Made by a program: the position numbers and the translations under genes
From: a virus
Taxonomy: Duplodnaviria; Heunggongvirae; Uroviricota; Caudoviricetes
DNA: 35,819 nt
Reading direction: 5' to 3' (one strand)
IMG/VR virus record: IMGVR_UViG_3300027896_000019
Coordinates: 1-35,819 of that record
In this document: positions 9,521 through 19,532 of the stretch, in pieces
Layout: the number at the start of each line of letters is the position of its first letter
Position numbering within the stretch: the first letter of the stretch is position 1
The notes under the pieces: model-generated
What the model saw: the letters and a program-made list of their open reading frames with translations, nothing else
The model's database searches: none
What the model was told of the DNA's origin: nothing

Positions 9521-9537
9521 CCTTATAACCTCCGTTG

Positions 9538-9567
9538 AAAAGTAAAAGGGGATAGTAATCTATCCCC
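9538..9567 (-). terminator. Intrinsic terminator after major capsid gene
   Basis: ggggatag (9548-9555) / ctatcccc (9560-9567) followed by TTTTACTTTT on the minus strand. Confidence 0.75.
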
Positions 9568-9580
9568 AATTTTATTTATA

Positions 9581-10567
9581 TTAAAGTGCAGTATCTTCAT
9601 AAACACCAAGGTAAGCATTATCACCAAAGATAACAGCAGTACCAAAGTATTTGCGTAGATTAACTTCCATTGTGTTATCGTTGATGTTTGTAGCATCCAT
9701 AGATTCTACATCACCTTCCATAACAACTTTTAATGGTGATTCTGCGCCCTGTGGAACAATGTATAACAAATCTTGTCTCAAAACAGGAGTTGTATTGCTT
9801 CCTCTTAGGAATGGATTATCTAATTTCGATACACTAGCACCTTTGTAAGCACCAATATATCCATTTTTATTAAATTCATCCATAATGCTGTTAGAGAACA
9901 TTTTTGTAGAAGTATAAGTTGTGAAACCAGTAGCTTCTGCAAGTTTGGAAACTATGTTAATATCACCCAATAAAGCAACATTACCATATCTCTGCATTGA
10001 CCTAATCATAGGGTCTAAAGTAGCTGTAACAATACCAGAACCACTTGCATAATTAGGACTTGAATATCCACTAAATGAAGCATATAAAGTAGCTTCAATC
10101 AATGCAACAATTTTTCTTTCCATTTCATTTGATGCATCAGTAATACATTCATCAAAATTAACTTTGCCACTTGCAAGTTCATATAAGTTAACATATGGTC
10201 TTGCAGATACCTCTACTGTATCAACAGTTTGATAAGCGTTCATGATTCTGCTTCTTTGAGTTGTTCCATTTTTAGCCTGTACAAAAGCTTCAATACCTGC
10301 TTTTTTTACTTTAAATAAAGCCTTTTCCCCAATACCAACTCTTTTTGTATCAGCAAATAAATCAATATAATTAGTGTTTGTATTGATTATGTTATTAACT
10401 ACAAATGCAAGTAACTGTGAAATCTCATATCTATTATTAGGAGATGGATTTTTAGCCAACTCTTTAATTGCACTTCTTGCTTCTAAAACTTCAATTTCAC
10501 TCTCTTTAATTTGATTTAGGTGTAAAGCAGAAAATACTTCTACAGCCTTATCAGTTCTTAATGCCAT
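9581..10567 (-). CDS. Major capsid protein (SPbeta-like head module)
   Basis: 328 aa, AAGGAGG SD, followed by a terminator, after portal-scaffold-decoration genes. Confidence 0.8.
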   Translation of the reverse strand: MALRTDKAVEVFSALHLNQIKESEIEVLEARSAIKELAKNPSPNNRYEISQLLAFVVNNIINTNTNYIDLFADTKRVGIGEKALFKVKKAGIEAFVQAKNGTTQRSRIMNAYQTVDTVEVSARPYVNLYELASGKVNFDECITDASNEMERKIVALIEATLYASFSGYSSPNYASGSGIVTATLDPMIRSMQRYGNVALLGDINIVSKLAEATGFTTYTSTKMFSNSIMDEFNKNGYIGAYKGASVSKLDNPFLRGSNTTPVLRQDLLYIVPQGAESPLKVVMEGDVESMDATNINDNTMEVNLRKYFGTAVIFGDNAYLGVYEDTAL

Positions 10568-10598
10568 TTTATTGTCCTCCTTATATTATATTATTTTA

Positions 10599-11033
10599 TT
10601 AGTCTAATACGATGCATTTATAAACAGTTTCGCCCCATTTAGTAGGCTTTTCGATAATTTGATATTTCTGATTAGGTGAACTTGAAGTTGCAGTAATCTT
10701 ACCAGTAGTTCCAACGTCAACAATATCACCAACCGCAGGTGTTCCAACAACTTTATCAGTTACGAAAATTTCACCCTGTAATAGTCTTTTAATTCTTAAA
10801 TATTTTCCTGCTGATACAGTAAAGTCCAAATCATTAATCATTTGTTCGTCAACAGTATCAATTACGTTTTCTACGAAATATGGAATTTGCGAATTAACAT
10901 TAGGTGTTGCACAAGTACCTGCTGACCAACTAACCACTTGAACAAACATTCCATTATGAATCGCAGTTTCACCAGTTTTAAGAACTAAATTTCCAATATA
11001 TTCGTTATTTCCTTTTGCTACATAACCAGCCAT
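10599..11033 (-). CDS. Putative capsid decoration/cement protein
   Basis: 144 aa beta-rich protein between scaffold and capsid genes; AAGGAGG SD. Confidence 0.55.
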   Translation of the reverse strand: MAGYVAKGNNEYIGNLVLKTGETAIHNGMFVQVVSWSAGTCATPNVNSQIPYFVENVIDTVDEQMINDLDFTVSAGKYLRIKRLLQGEIFVTDKVVGTPAVGDIVDVGTTGKITATSSSPNQKYQIIEKPTKWGETVYKCIVLD

Positions 11034-11060
11034 TTATTTGTCCTCCTTATTATTAAATAT

Positions 11061-12623
11061 TTATTTATACATTGTTATGTATTTACTAATTACGTCTGAA
11101 CCATGTAAATCCATTGTGTCTAGCACTCTTGATGCTGTTATCATAGAATCTTTAGGTTCAACCTTTTTTGTTTCTGCTTTTTCTAAAGCATATTCAACTA
11201 CTTTCGCTTGAAGAGTTAATTCATCAAGATTACAAATAGCTTCTGCGATTTCTGTTGAATCCAAAATTGCATCACTCAATAATTTAGAATATTTATCTCT
11301 TAAATTATTTTGTTTTTCAATTTTTTCATTTTCTGCTTTTTCTAAATTAATTTTATCCATTTCTGCTTTGAGTTCTGCTAATTCTGCTAATTCTGAATCT
11401 TTTAAAACAACAGTTTCTGAAAGTGTGTTAACCTTTTCAGTTAACTCATTAATTAATGTTTCTTTTTCAGCAATGATGTTATTTAGTTCAGTGATAATAG
11501 TTTCATCAGAACTCTGCACTTCATTAACCTCTGATTCTTCTACACTACATGTTGCTTTTTTCTTACTTTCTTCAACATCTGCCTTCATCTTTGTTTTACA
11601 AACTGCACATTCATCAGAACCACAATCACATTCTGATTCTTCAACTGCATTAGTTGATTCGTCTACACTTACCTCATTAACACTCATGTCTTCTGAAAAT
11701 GGAGATTCCATTGAATCTGATGAATTACTTTCTGGGTCTGGCTCTACAACTTCTGGTGGAGTTACAGGCATATAATTTTTAGTAACTTTATATAATTCAC
11801 TTATAGTTACATCTGATTCGCCAACTGTGTAATCAATCCTGAAATAATCTCCACTTGTATAATCTTGTAGTACCATGTAATTAACACCAAAATCAGTGCA
11901 ACACATACAGCAAACTTCCTCACCATAAGTTTCGCAAATTTTGTTATAAACTTTCATTCTCACCTGAGTAATATCAAGTTCAGAATTTTCAAAATGAAAT
12001 AAAGTTTTTTCAAAAAATTCTTCAATTGGTTTAATGTTCACTTTGTCACCACCTATATCAATATTTAATGCTTCTGCTATTAATAATCTAGCTGTAGATT
12101 TTTTTTCAGCAGGAGTTGTTACTATGCAATCACCAAATAGTCTATTATCTTGATGTGCATTTATAGTTCTTTCTTTTTCTGTAAAACTGTCATACTCACC
12201 AACAACCACTTCAACACTAAAAAACAATGATTTTTCTTGAAATAATTCTAATATTGCACTACATACTTTTTGATACCTTTTGAAAACTTTAACAACACCA
12301 TATAATTCTATTTCATTTTCTTCTGTCTCTAATTCATAAAAATCAACAAAACTTCCAACTTGTTGAGTAGCAAAGCTACCATCACGTTTTAAAGCGTGAC
12401 CTAGATTTTTATATTTTCCATTTTCTAGTTTGTCTCTTTCACAAACTAAAGGTATGCCAATATAAAACTCTTTATTTTCAACTATTTCATGAATAAAATC
12501 AGGAAGAAATTTAGCACCATTTAGATTAGTATTACTAGTTATCAAAAGGACATTCATAGTCATGTATATGTCATTAGAATCATTTAACTCAATAATGTTG
12601 GCTTGTATTTTTTCAATACTCAT
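11061..12623 (-). CDS. Prohead protease/scaffold protein
   Basis: N-terminal protease-like domain (NLNG..F, GIPL, FFSVEV), acidic linker, C-terminal coiled coil. Start ATG 12623 (SD GGTGA). Confidence 0.7.
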   Translation of the reverse strand: MSIEKIQANIIELNDSNDIYMTMNVLLITSNTNLNGAKFLPDFIHEIVENKEFYIGIPLVCERDKLENGKYKNLGHALKRDGSFATQQVGSFVDFYELETEENEIELYGVVKVFKRYQKVCSAILELFQEKSLFFSVEVVVGEYDSFTEKERTINAHQDNRLFGDCIVTTPAEKKSTARLLIAEALNIDIGGDKVNIKPIEEFFEKTLFHFENSELDITQVRMKVYNKICETYGEEVCCMCCTDFGVNYMVLQDYTSGDYFRIDYTVGESDVTISELYKVTKNYMPVTPPEVVEPDPESNSSDSMESPFSEDMSVNEVSVDESTNAVEESECDCGSDECAVCKTKMKADVEESKKKATCSVEESEVNEVQSSDETIITELNNIIAEKETLINELTEKVNTLSETVVLKDSELAELAELKAEMDKINLEKAENEKIEKQNNLRDKYSKLLSDAILDSTEIAEAICNLDELTLQAKVVEYALEKAETKKVEPKDSMITASRVLDTMDLHGSDVISKYITMYK

Positions 12624-12637
12624 TAATATCACCTACC

Positions 12638-14131
12638 TTATTGATTAGAAGGTTTGGGATTTTTACCAGTTGCACTTTTATTCTTATCTGTAGTCGCATT
12701 AGGATTTGGCGGTCTACCTCCTTTGTTGTCTGTAGGCGGTGGAGTGTTACCAGATGATGTATGTGTATTAGTTGGTGGTGCAAACACAGTAGCAAAATCA
12801 CGACTAGATTCATCTAATCGTCTTTCATACTCTTGTTCAACATCCAAACCATGTTCTTCTAATAAAGTTGTACTACTAATACATCCCTGTTGCCATAATT
12901 GAAATGCTTCTTCTTTGATTTTATCGTCACCAATTAAATCAACTTCATTAAAAACAAAAGTTGGTATTTTATTACTTCCAACTCTCCATATTTCAGCCAA
13001 TCTTCTATTATATTTCTTCATCATTTCACAAAAGTTATTTTGATTTTGCTTAATGCGTTCTGATGCTGTTCTAACAGATATATTAGCTTGTGCAAATGAA
13101 CTACCATCACTTTCGCCTGTCACAATAACAGGACTTATTCCACCACTTGATAAAATTTGACTATTTACTTCTGTATATTTAGATTTATCAAATAAATTTT
13201 GGTTTTCAACAGCAATAAATTTTGCATCAACAAAATGTGATGTTACTGCTAAAGGGAATTTATTTAATGCATCTTGAAATATCTTTGCCGTAGCATTTAA
13301 TTGTGCCTGATTTGGCTTAGGTAACAATTCATCATGACCTAACTTAGCATGTAAAAAACCTTTTGCACCAATATTCATTTGATTATCTTCATAAAATGAT
13401 ATTAATTCTTTTTTTGCTAAAGGTTTAAGGCATGAAGTCACCATTGGAATAGCGTATTTCTGCCACATTGGCTTAGGCTCTTGTAGAACAAATGTATTAA
13501 CAGGATTTAATTGTATCCATGCTGATGCATTTCCGCCTTGAAGTGCCTGAGTTATTTCAGGAGGATAACCTTTATATTTTTCCAATAAACTATCAAGGAA
13601 ATCTTCTTTTACATTTAATACCTGTCTACGATTAAGTTCTGCTACATTAAAATCAATAACAGGTTCACCATTAACCATTACTGTTGAAATTCTACAACGA
13701 TGTGGTGGTAGCGTTAATATACTTCCATCTGGCATAAAATATATAAAACAATTTGCAAACAAATACATTTCATAAAAAATGCTTCTAGCAATATCTAAAA
13801 AATTTATAGCTTCATAATAATCAAAATATTTTTGTTTAGCCTTTTCTGAAATGCCTTTTAATTTATATCCACATGAAAGTGAAAATGGTACTAAAACACG
13901 CTTAATAATTCCACTAAAAATACTATCAGCATCAACAAAATAATTAGATAGTTCATAAAGTTTAATAATATTTGTTTGTTTATCTTTTAATATTGCTTCA
14001 TAGTTATAATTTTTTAGTTCGCCTGTAAACGTATAATCTTTACTTTCATATGAAAATACCTGATTAAGTATATTAGTATTTAAATCTGCTCCAACCAATA
14101 TATCAGATGTATCTTTTTCTTTATTGCTCAA
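12638..14131 (-). CDS. Portal protein
   Basis: 497 aa between terminase and scaffold; C-terminal GGRPP low-complexity tail common in portals. Confidence 0.75.
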   Translation of the reverse strand: MSNKEKDTSDILVGADLNTNILNQVFSYESKDYTFTGELKNYNYEAILKDKQTNIIKLYELSNYFVDADSIFSGIIKRVLVPFSLSCGYKLKGISEKAKQKYFDYYEAINFLDIARSIFYEMYLFANCFIYFMPDGSILTLPPHRCRISTVMVNGEPVIDFNVAELNRRQVLNVKEDFLDSLLEKYKGYPPEITQALQGGNASAWIQLNPVNTFVLQEPKPMWQKYAIPMVTSCLKPLAKKELISFYEDNQMNIGAKGFLHAKLGHDELLPKPNQAQLNATAKIFQDALNKFPLAVTSHFVDAKFIAVENQNLFDKSKYTEVNSQILSSGGISPVIVTGESDGSSFAQANISVRTASERIKQNQNNFCEMMKKYNRRLAEIWRVGSNKIPTFVFNEVDLIGDDKIKEEAFQLWQQGCISSTTLLEEHGLDVEQEYERRLDESSRDFATVFAPPTNTHTSSGNTPPPTDNKGGRPPNPNATTDKNKSATGKNPKPSNQ

Positions 14132-14163
14132 TCTTTAACACCTCATTTCCATACATCATATTG

Positions 14164-15933
14164 CTACCAATTATAAGCAGTGCCAATGCAAAAATCACCT
14201 TGGTTTCTTTTATTATCCTTATTTTTTTCTTCTTGTGTAAGAATATATTCCATTGCCATTGCTAATGCTGTGTATCTGTCTTTATGTAAATAATTACTTT
14301 GTGTGTCATATTGAATATTCCCTGATGCTGTAATTTTAGGAATGATATTACCCATTTCATGTTGTAAGGCATCAGTTTCAATATATATTGCAGTTTCTTC
14401 TAATAAAAATTGAGATTTATTCTTAGCAGTTTCACTTTTTTCTTCTTGATTTAACTCTGATTCACGCCTTATGGTAGCACTAGAAACAGGTAACATTAAA
14501 CTCTGATTCTCTAAAAACATTCGTGTAGCAGTAGCCATCCTACCATTAAACTTATTATCTGCCCTGACTCCACGAATGATAGGCAATCCACTTCCTGCCG
14601 TTTTCTCAAATGTATCTAAAATAAAAGGAGGATATTCCTTATTATTTTCATCAACAAATGGTGCATTTAAAAGTGAAATAATACCTTCTCCTAAAGAGTT
14701 AACGTCAATAAGAACTTTTTCTATATTAGGAAACCTCACACACATTTTTCTAATTTCTGTTGCGAGAATTTCTAATTGTTGTCCATGAAATGAGCGAATA
14801 TTAACAAGATATTTTAGAAATGTACCATCAGACTTTTCAGACATTTTAATAATGCACATACATGTATTATCTGCATAGGTTGAACCTGATGTTGCAATAT
14901 CACAACTTAATATATATCTTGACTTACTACCCTTTGCTTGAATTAATTCAACAGGCTCTAACTTACGGCATGGTTCAGTAAGTTCATATGGGAAAAAACT
15001 ACCTTCTGTAGCTCCAATGAAACGACTGTTCCATTCCATTTCCCATGAAGTAATTGGCATTTGTTTCTTTTGTGCTTCAACAAATTGTTCATCAATTATT
15101 CCATATCTAATTCCAGTTTTGTAATTTAATGAACAAGCAAACTTTGAAGTATCTCCTTGTTTAATATCCTTTAGTGTTTCTTTAAATCTAGCAAAAAAAT
15201 CACATGATTTTAAATAGGCAGAAGTTGTTTGAATGAGTTTAGATTCAACATCTTCAAACTCAACTCCATCACCTTTAAACTTCCAAAATATATCACGTTT
15301 ATATTGTAATATTGGAAATAGTACAGATGTAATAACTTCACTCTTAACCCACGCTGATTCATCTATGTAAATTACCTTTTTACGAAGTCCTCGAATATTA
15401 GAACCATCAACATTCATTGCCAACGCTTCAATTGTTGAACCTGATTTGAAATTTACTACACCTATATCTTTTTGAATCCTAATTGGGAAATTGATTTCTC
15501 TGCTTATATTAGGATTGTCAGATGCTAACGCTTGTATGTATTTAATAGTTAATAAAGCCTGTCTAACAGTCTTAGAAACTATTAATATTTGATTATATGG
15601 ATATAATATAGCCAATGATATTAAAACTAAAGCCATTTTAAAAGTTTTACCCAGTGACCTTGCTTCAACATCATCAATCATATTGCAATTACCACAGGCT
15701 CTAACAATAACCTCTTGAAATGGAAATAAACTAATAGGCTTATTAGGAGTAGATAAATATTCTTGAATAAAAACATCTAAATGTGACCTATAATACCAAA
15801 TTTGTTTTTCCCATTCTTCTGTATTAGGTATTGCTTGTTGCCTTGCTACTTTATTACTAAGCGGATTGCTAGGGTCTAAATATTGTCCTGATTGTTTTGC
15901 AAATTTCTTTTTGGAGAAGTTCATATAAGCCAT
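14164..15933 (-). CDS. Terminase large subunit
   Basis: Walker A ARSLGKT, Walker B IYIDE, WEMEW..RF, nuclease acidic motifs SCDIA, IDVNSLG, KDRYTA. Confidence 0.9.
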   Translation of the reverse strand: MAYMNFSKKKFAKQSGQYLDPSNPLSNKVARQQAIPNTEEWEKQIWYYRSHLDVFIQEYLSTPNKPISLFPFQEVIVRACGNCNMIDDVEARSLGKTFKMALVLISLAILYPYNQILIVSKTVRQALLTIKYIQALASDNPNISREINFPIRIQKDIGVVNFKSGSTIEALAMNVDGSNIRGLRKKVIYIDESAWVKSEVITSVLFPILQYKRDIFWKFKGDGVEFEDVESKLIQTTSAYLKSCDFFARFKETLKDIKQGDTSKFACSLNYKTGIRYGIIDEQFVEAQKKQMPITSWEMEWNSRFIGATEGSFFPYELTEPCRKLEPVELIQAKGSKSRYILSCDIATSGSTYADNTCMCIIKMSEKSDGTFLKYLVNIRSFHGQQLEILATEIRKMCVRFPNIEKVLIDVNSLGEGIISLLNAPFVDENNKEYPPFILDTFEKTAGSGLPIIRGVRADNKFNGRMATATRMFLENQSLMLPVSSATIRRESELNQEEKSETAKNKSQFLLEETAIYIETDALQHEMGNIIPKITASGNIQYDTQSNYLHKDRYTALAMAMEYILTQEEKNKDNKRNQGDFCIGTAYNW

Positions 15934-16859
15934 TATATATCCTCTCCAATACTAGCAATAATCCACCTAAAATCATTTATAATTGCATCAATTTCATCTT
16001 TTTTAAATGTAATTTTTTTCTGTAAAAATCCAGTAGTTTCTAGTTTTTTCGTAAGTTCTCCAAAACTTCCTAAACCAATTGAATCATTTTCAGTTCTAGT
16101 CTTTTCTGCAAATTTAGCAGATTGAGATAATTGGTCGAAAATATCCTTAAAATCCTTATATCGTTTTTCTGCTCCAGTGTGACCTTCACACATATCAGAA
16201 AACGCTTTGTCCATCGCTAGACTGGCTTTACAAACTTTTTTAGCATAATCTATATAGGCAGAATTTTCAAGCTTAAAATCACGCTCTAAGCCTGCAAAAT
16301 ACGTTTCTAAATAATTTAATTCACCAACAGTATAAAACCCATGCCATATTGGACTATATTTTTTTTCACCATATTCTAACTCCAAAGACATTTCATTAAA
16401 AGGTAAATCATCGTCTTCTGGTATTTTACCAACCATTCCAATGTCTTCTCTTTCCTTAACTTCTCCAAATTCATCAATAAATTTATACCATTGGACACGA
16501 TTCATCATCCTAAAAAACCAATTAAATTGTTTCCCTGTTAAAATTTTAACTTTTTCATTTAAATCCCTATTGTCTCTATATTCACTACTTCTATTCAATT
16601 CTTCTTCTGCTTTAGGATAACACCATTCCCATAAATCATGTCTATATTCTCTACGATTATATTTACAATAATCTTTAACTCTATCAGCACTTGTACAGAA
16701 TTTTCTAACACATTCTTTACACCATGCATCATGATAAAATTCATGTTTCCAATCCTTATTTGAATAAAACATAGATATGGGAGTTTTTTTATTGCATTTA
16801 TGACATGTTTTTTTTAATTCATCTATTCTATCTAATTTACTAGCCAATTTATACACCAC
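15933..16859 (-). CDS. Probable terminase small subunit-like protein with N-terminal Zn finger
   Basis: CHKC...WCKEC; stop/start overlap (TAATG) with terminase large subunit. Confidence 0.5.
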   Translation of the reverse strand: MVYKLASKLDRIDELKKTCHKCNKKTPISMFYSNKDWKHEFYHDAWCKECVRKFCTSADRVKDYCKYNRREYRHDLWEWCYPKAEEELNRSSEYRDNRDLNEKVKILTGKQFNWFFRMMNRVQWYKFIDEFGEVKEREDIGMVGKIPEDDDLPFNEMSLELEYGEKKYSPIWHGFYTVGELNYLETYFAGLERDFKLENSAYIDYAKKVCKASLAMDKAFSDMCEGHTGAEKRYKDFKDIFDQLSQSAKFAEKTRTENDSIGLGSFGELTKKLETTGFLQKKITFKKDEIDAIINDFRWIIASIGEDI

Positions 16860-16876
16860 CTTTAATAACTAATTGG

Positions 16877-17359
16877 CTATTCACTATATCCATATTCATC
16901 TAGCATATCTTCCAGAGAATCATTAAGAACTCTGATATTTTTTTTCATACTTGATGCATAAGATTTGGTTAATTCAATTTGTCCATGATAATTACCAAGT
17001 TTATATTGAAGTGACATTTCCTCTAGCAATAACTCAATAGCATCTGGCATATCCATTTCTCTAACATGATTAATAATATTAACGATATAATCTATATGTT
17101 TTTGTTCCACTTGTTCACCAAACTGAAAGTTATTTTGACTTTCAACATCAGTCTTTAATGTTGAATTTTTATTTGAATTTATTGTTTCATGAATTGCAAA
17201 ATTTTCAACAGGACTTTGTACTATCCTATCCTCTAGTAATGTATAATAAGTATTAGCATCAACCTCTTTATTATTAATAAAAAATGTTTCACATAATTTA
17301 CCATTAATAAATTTATCAGTACGTCTAAATTCAGGGTAATTTTTTTCCATGCATATCAC
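16877..17359 (-). CDS. Hypothetical protein
   Basis: 160 aa in operon; SD AGGAG. Confidence 0.65.
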   Translation of the reverse strand: MICMEKNYPEFRRTDKFINGKLCETFFINNKEVDANTYYTLLEDRIVQSPVENFAIHETINSNKNSTLKTDVESQNNFQFGEQVEQKHIDYIVNIINHVREMDMPDAIELLLEEMSLQYKLGNYHGQIELTKSYASSMKKNIRVLNDSLEDMLDEYGYSE

Positions 17360-17361
17360 TC

Positions 17362-18306
17362 CTAAACTTTAGTATTTTGAATTAATACTAATTTACTTTT
17401 ATTATAATCAAACTTATTATTATCTAAAATTAAATAAACGAAACCTTGTGATTGAGGTTTACTCAAACTACCATCATGATTATATTCTGGAGACTCACAC
17501 AAACATCCGCTCTCATAGAATATACATTCTCCATACCTAGTTAACGCAGAAGCGTGTGTATGTGCTGTAACCAAACATTGAAAACGCAATCCTAATTGAT
17601 TAAAATAAGTAAATGCTTTTTCTGTAGTTTGTAATATGTTAGTTTTATAAGCCTTTGGATGGCTAAATATAACATCACCAATTTGAAGCCACCAATCACT
17701 ATTATAAACAATTTTAATTCGCTTATTCTTGTATATCTCTATTAAGGAATCATAATATATCTTTGATTTATTTTGATGGTCATATTTAAAAAAACCATTA
17801 TTAACAATTAAATCTAAGTTTGTTTCTGGCATTAATTGTAATAAATCATCTGATATTTTATCGCTTAAATAATTTATAAGCCTAACATTATGATTGCCTT
17901 TAATAAAATATACTTCTTTAGGTTTAATATATTCAATTGTATCAATTATCATTTTTCTAGCACCAATCATTTCATCAATGAAAGGTATTCTATATTTTTT
18001 TCTAAATTTGCTTAAACTTTGTGCATCTGTTTCATCTCCACCAAAAATCAATATATCTATCTTACCAACATAATCACTCAAAACTTCATGTGTTATGTTA
18101 AATGGATAATGTTGGTCTGATATAAATAGAATTTTAGTAATATCTTTTTTATATTCACCATCAATTTGACCTTGTTTATATAAAAATTGTTTTACAATGC
18201 ATCTACATTGTTCACCAGTTTTATTAAACATATCACCTATTTCATTCCAACTTAAATCAATATCACCATTTCTTTTTTGAATACCTAACTCAATTAATTT
18301 ATCCAT
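17362..18306 (-). CDS. Calcineurin-like metallophosphoesterase with N-terminal HTH-like segment
   Basis: ISDQH, GGDETD, KGNHN, FSH, AHTH motifs; LSWNEIGDMF at N-terminus. Confidence 0.85.
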   Translation of the reverse strand: MDKLIELGIQKRNGDIDLSWNEIGDMFNKTGEQCRCIVKQFLYKQGQIDGEYKKDITKILFISDQHYPFNITHEVLSDYVGKIDILIFGGDETDAQSLSKFRKKYRIPFIDEMIGARKMIIDTIEYIKPKEVYFIKGNHNVRLINYLSDKISDDLLQLMPETNLDLIVNNGFFKYDHQNKSKIYYDSLIEIYKNKRIKIVYNSDWWLQIGDVIFSHPKAYKTNILQTTEKAFTYFNQLGLRFQCLVTAHTHASALTRYGECIFYESGCLCESPEYNHDGSLSKPQSQGFVYLILDNNKFDYNKSKLVLIQNTKV

Positions 18307-18425
18307 TTTATCCGCTTATCCTTTGTGAAATTAATATTTACTAGACACATTTTTTGTCAACAATTAATTGCATTAATCATAATTTAAATTATATGTATAT
18401 TTGCTGTTTGTGTCTAAAATACAAT

Positions 18426-18614
18426 CTAAAAATCCAACTTATTCTTCACTTTAATACTAATTTCTTTTCCATTAAATTCTTCAAATACATCAAACTTAAA
18501 TTCAGTAATATTGTTTTTATCATCTGTTAGCTTAATACATTTATCATCTACCTCAATAACTGTACCACTTACACTAATATCAACAATTTGACTTCTCTTA
18601 ATTATTACTCCCAT
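18426..18614 (-). CDS. YonK-like small protein
   Basis: 62 aa ending FEEFNGKEISIKVK, recalled as similar to SPbeta YonK; matching genomic context. Confidence 0.55.
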   Translation of the reverse strand: MGVIIKRSQIVDISVSGTVIEVDDKCIKLTDDKNNITEFKFDVFEEFNGKEISIKVKNKLDF

Positions 18615-18642
18615 TTTAATTCCTCCGCTTATCCTTATTTAT

Positions 18643-19458
18643 TTATTCAAATAAATCTGCAAGTCCAGCCAACTGACTTCTAACAGTACTGCAAAGTTGA
18701 ACCACACCAAACAGCTTATTTCCCTTTAATGTTTCTGTTAATACTTCAATACCAGAATTTTTTTCAAATATAGTTTTATCTACTTGACGTTTATCACCAT
18801 CAAAAATAATAACTGTATTTTTACCACATCTGCTTATCAAAACTTCAATATGCTCTTTGGTTAAATTCTGACATTCTGAAACTAACAAAATACAATTGTC
18901 AAACGTCCTTCCTCTTATAAAACCTAAATGACATAATTCAATTTTATCTTGTAATAAAAATTGATTTAACGCCATTTCACCACCTAGAATATCTGCAATA
19001 GGCATTGCCCAAGGTTTTAACTTACTATTTTGGTCGCTAGGTAAATAACCAATAGGGTTACTGTCCTTAACTTCTACATTATTTCTAATATAAACTAATT
19101 TTCTATAATGATTTTTATTTATCGCTCCTAACGCCCAACATAATGCGATATAAGTTTTACCACTACCAAATTTACCAAAAACAGTTTTACATGATATTGC
19201 ATCATTATCCAATAAATCAAACCAACATTCTTGATAAATATTTAATGGCTTAATATCTGCATCAAAGCCAGAAGATATTTTTTTAGGTTTGACTTTATCA
19301 AATTTAGTTCCATTCCATCTAAGTTTATCTATTACATCACCTTCTGGGTTGAAAATTAATAGATACTGATTTTCTAATAACTCAATTTGATAATTGCCTT
19401 GATAAAATAATGCCAGATTTTCATCGTTTAAAGTGATTTCTTTTATACCATTGTACAT
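18643..19458 (-). CDS. phoH: PhoH-family ATPase
   Basis: GKFGSGKT, YIRNN, IGYLPSDQNSKLKPW, FIRGRTF, ECQNLT, LISRCG, IFDGD.RQVD. Confidence 0.9.
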   Translation of the reverse strand: MYNGIKEITLNDENLALFYQGNYQIELLENQYLLIFNPEGDVIDKLRWNGTKFDKVKPKKISSGFDADIKPLNIYQECWFDLLDNDAISCKTVFGKFGSGKTYIALCWALGAINKNHYRKLVYIRNNVEVKDSNPIGYLPSDQNSKLKPWAMPIADILGGEMALNQFLLQDKIELCHLGFIRGRTFDNCILLVSECQNLTKEHIEVLISRCGKNTVIIFDGDKRQVDKTIFEKNSGIEVLTETLKGNKLFGVVQLCSTVRSQLAGLADLFE

Positions 19459-19532
19459 TCAATCACTCCTAAGTAAATTATTTGCAAGTTCCTTACATAT
19501 AAGATTTTAAACTATACATAATTTTCATTTTT

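Noticed and set aside
18331-18360. TTGACA upstream of the metallophosphoesterase gene as sigmaA promoter
   Set aside because: No acceptable -10 at 16-18 bp spacing.
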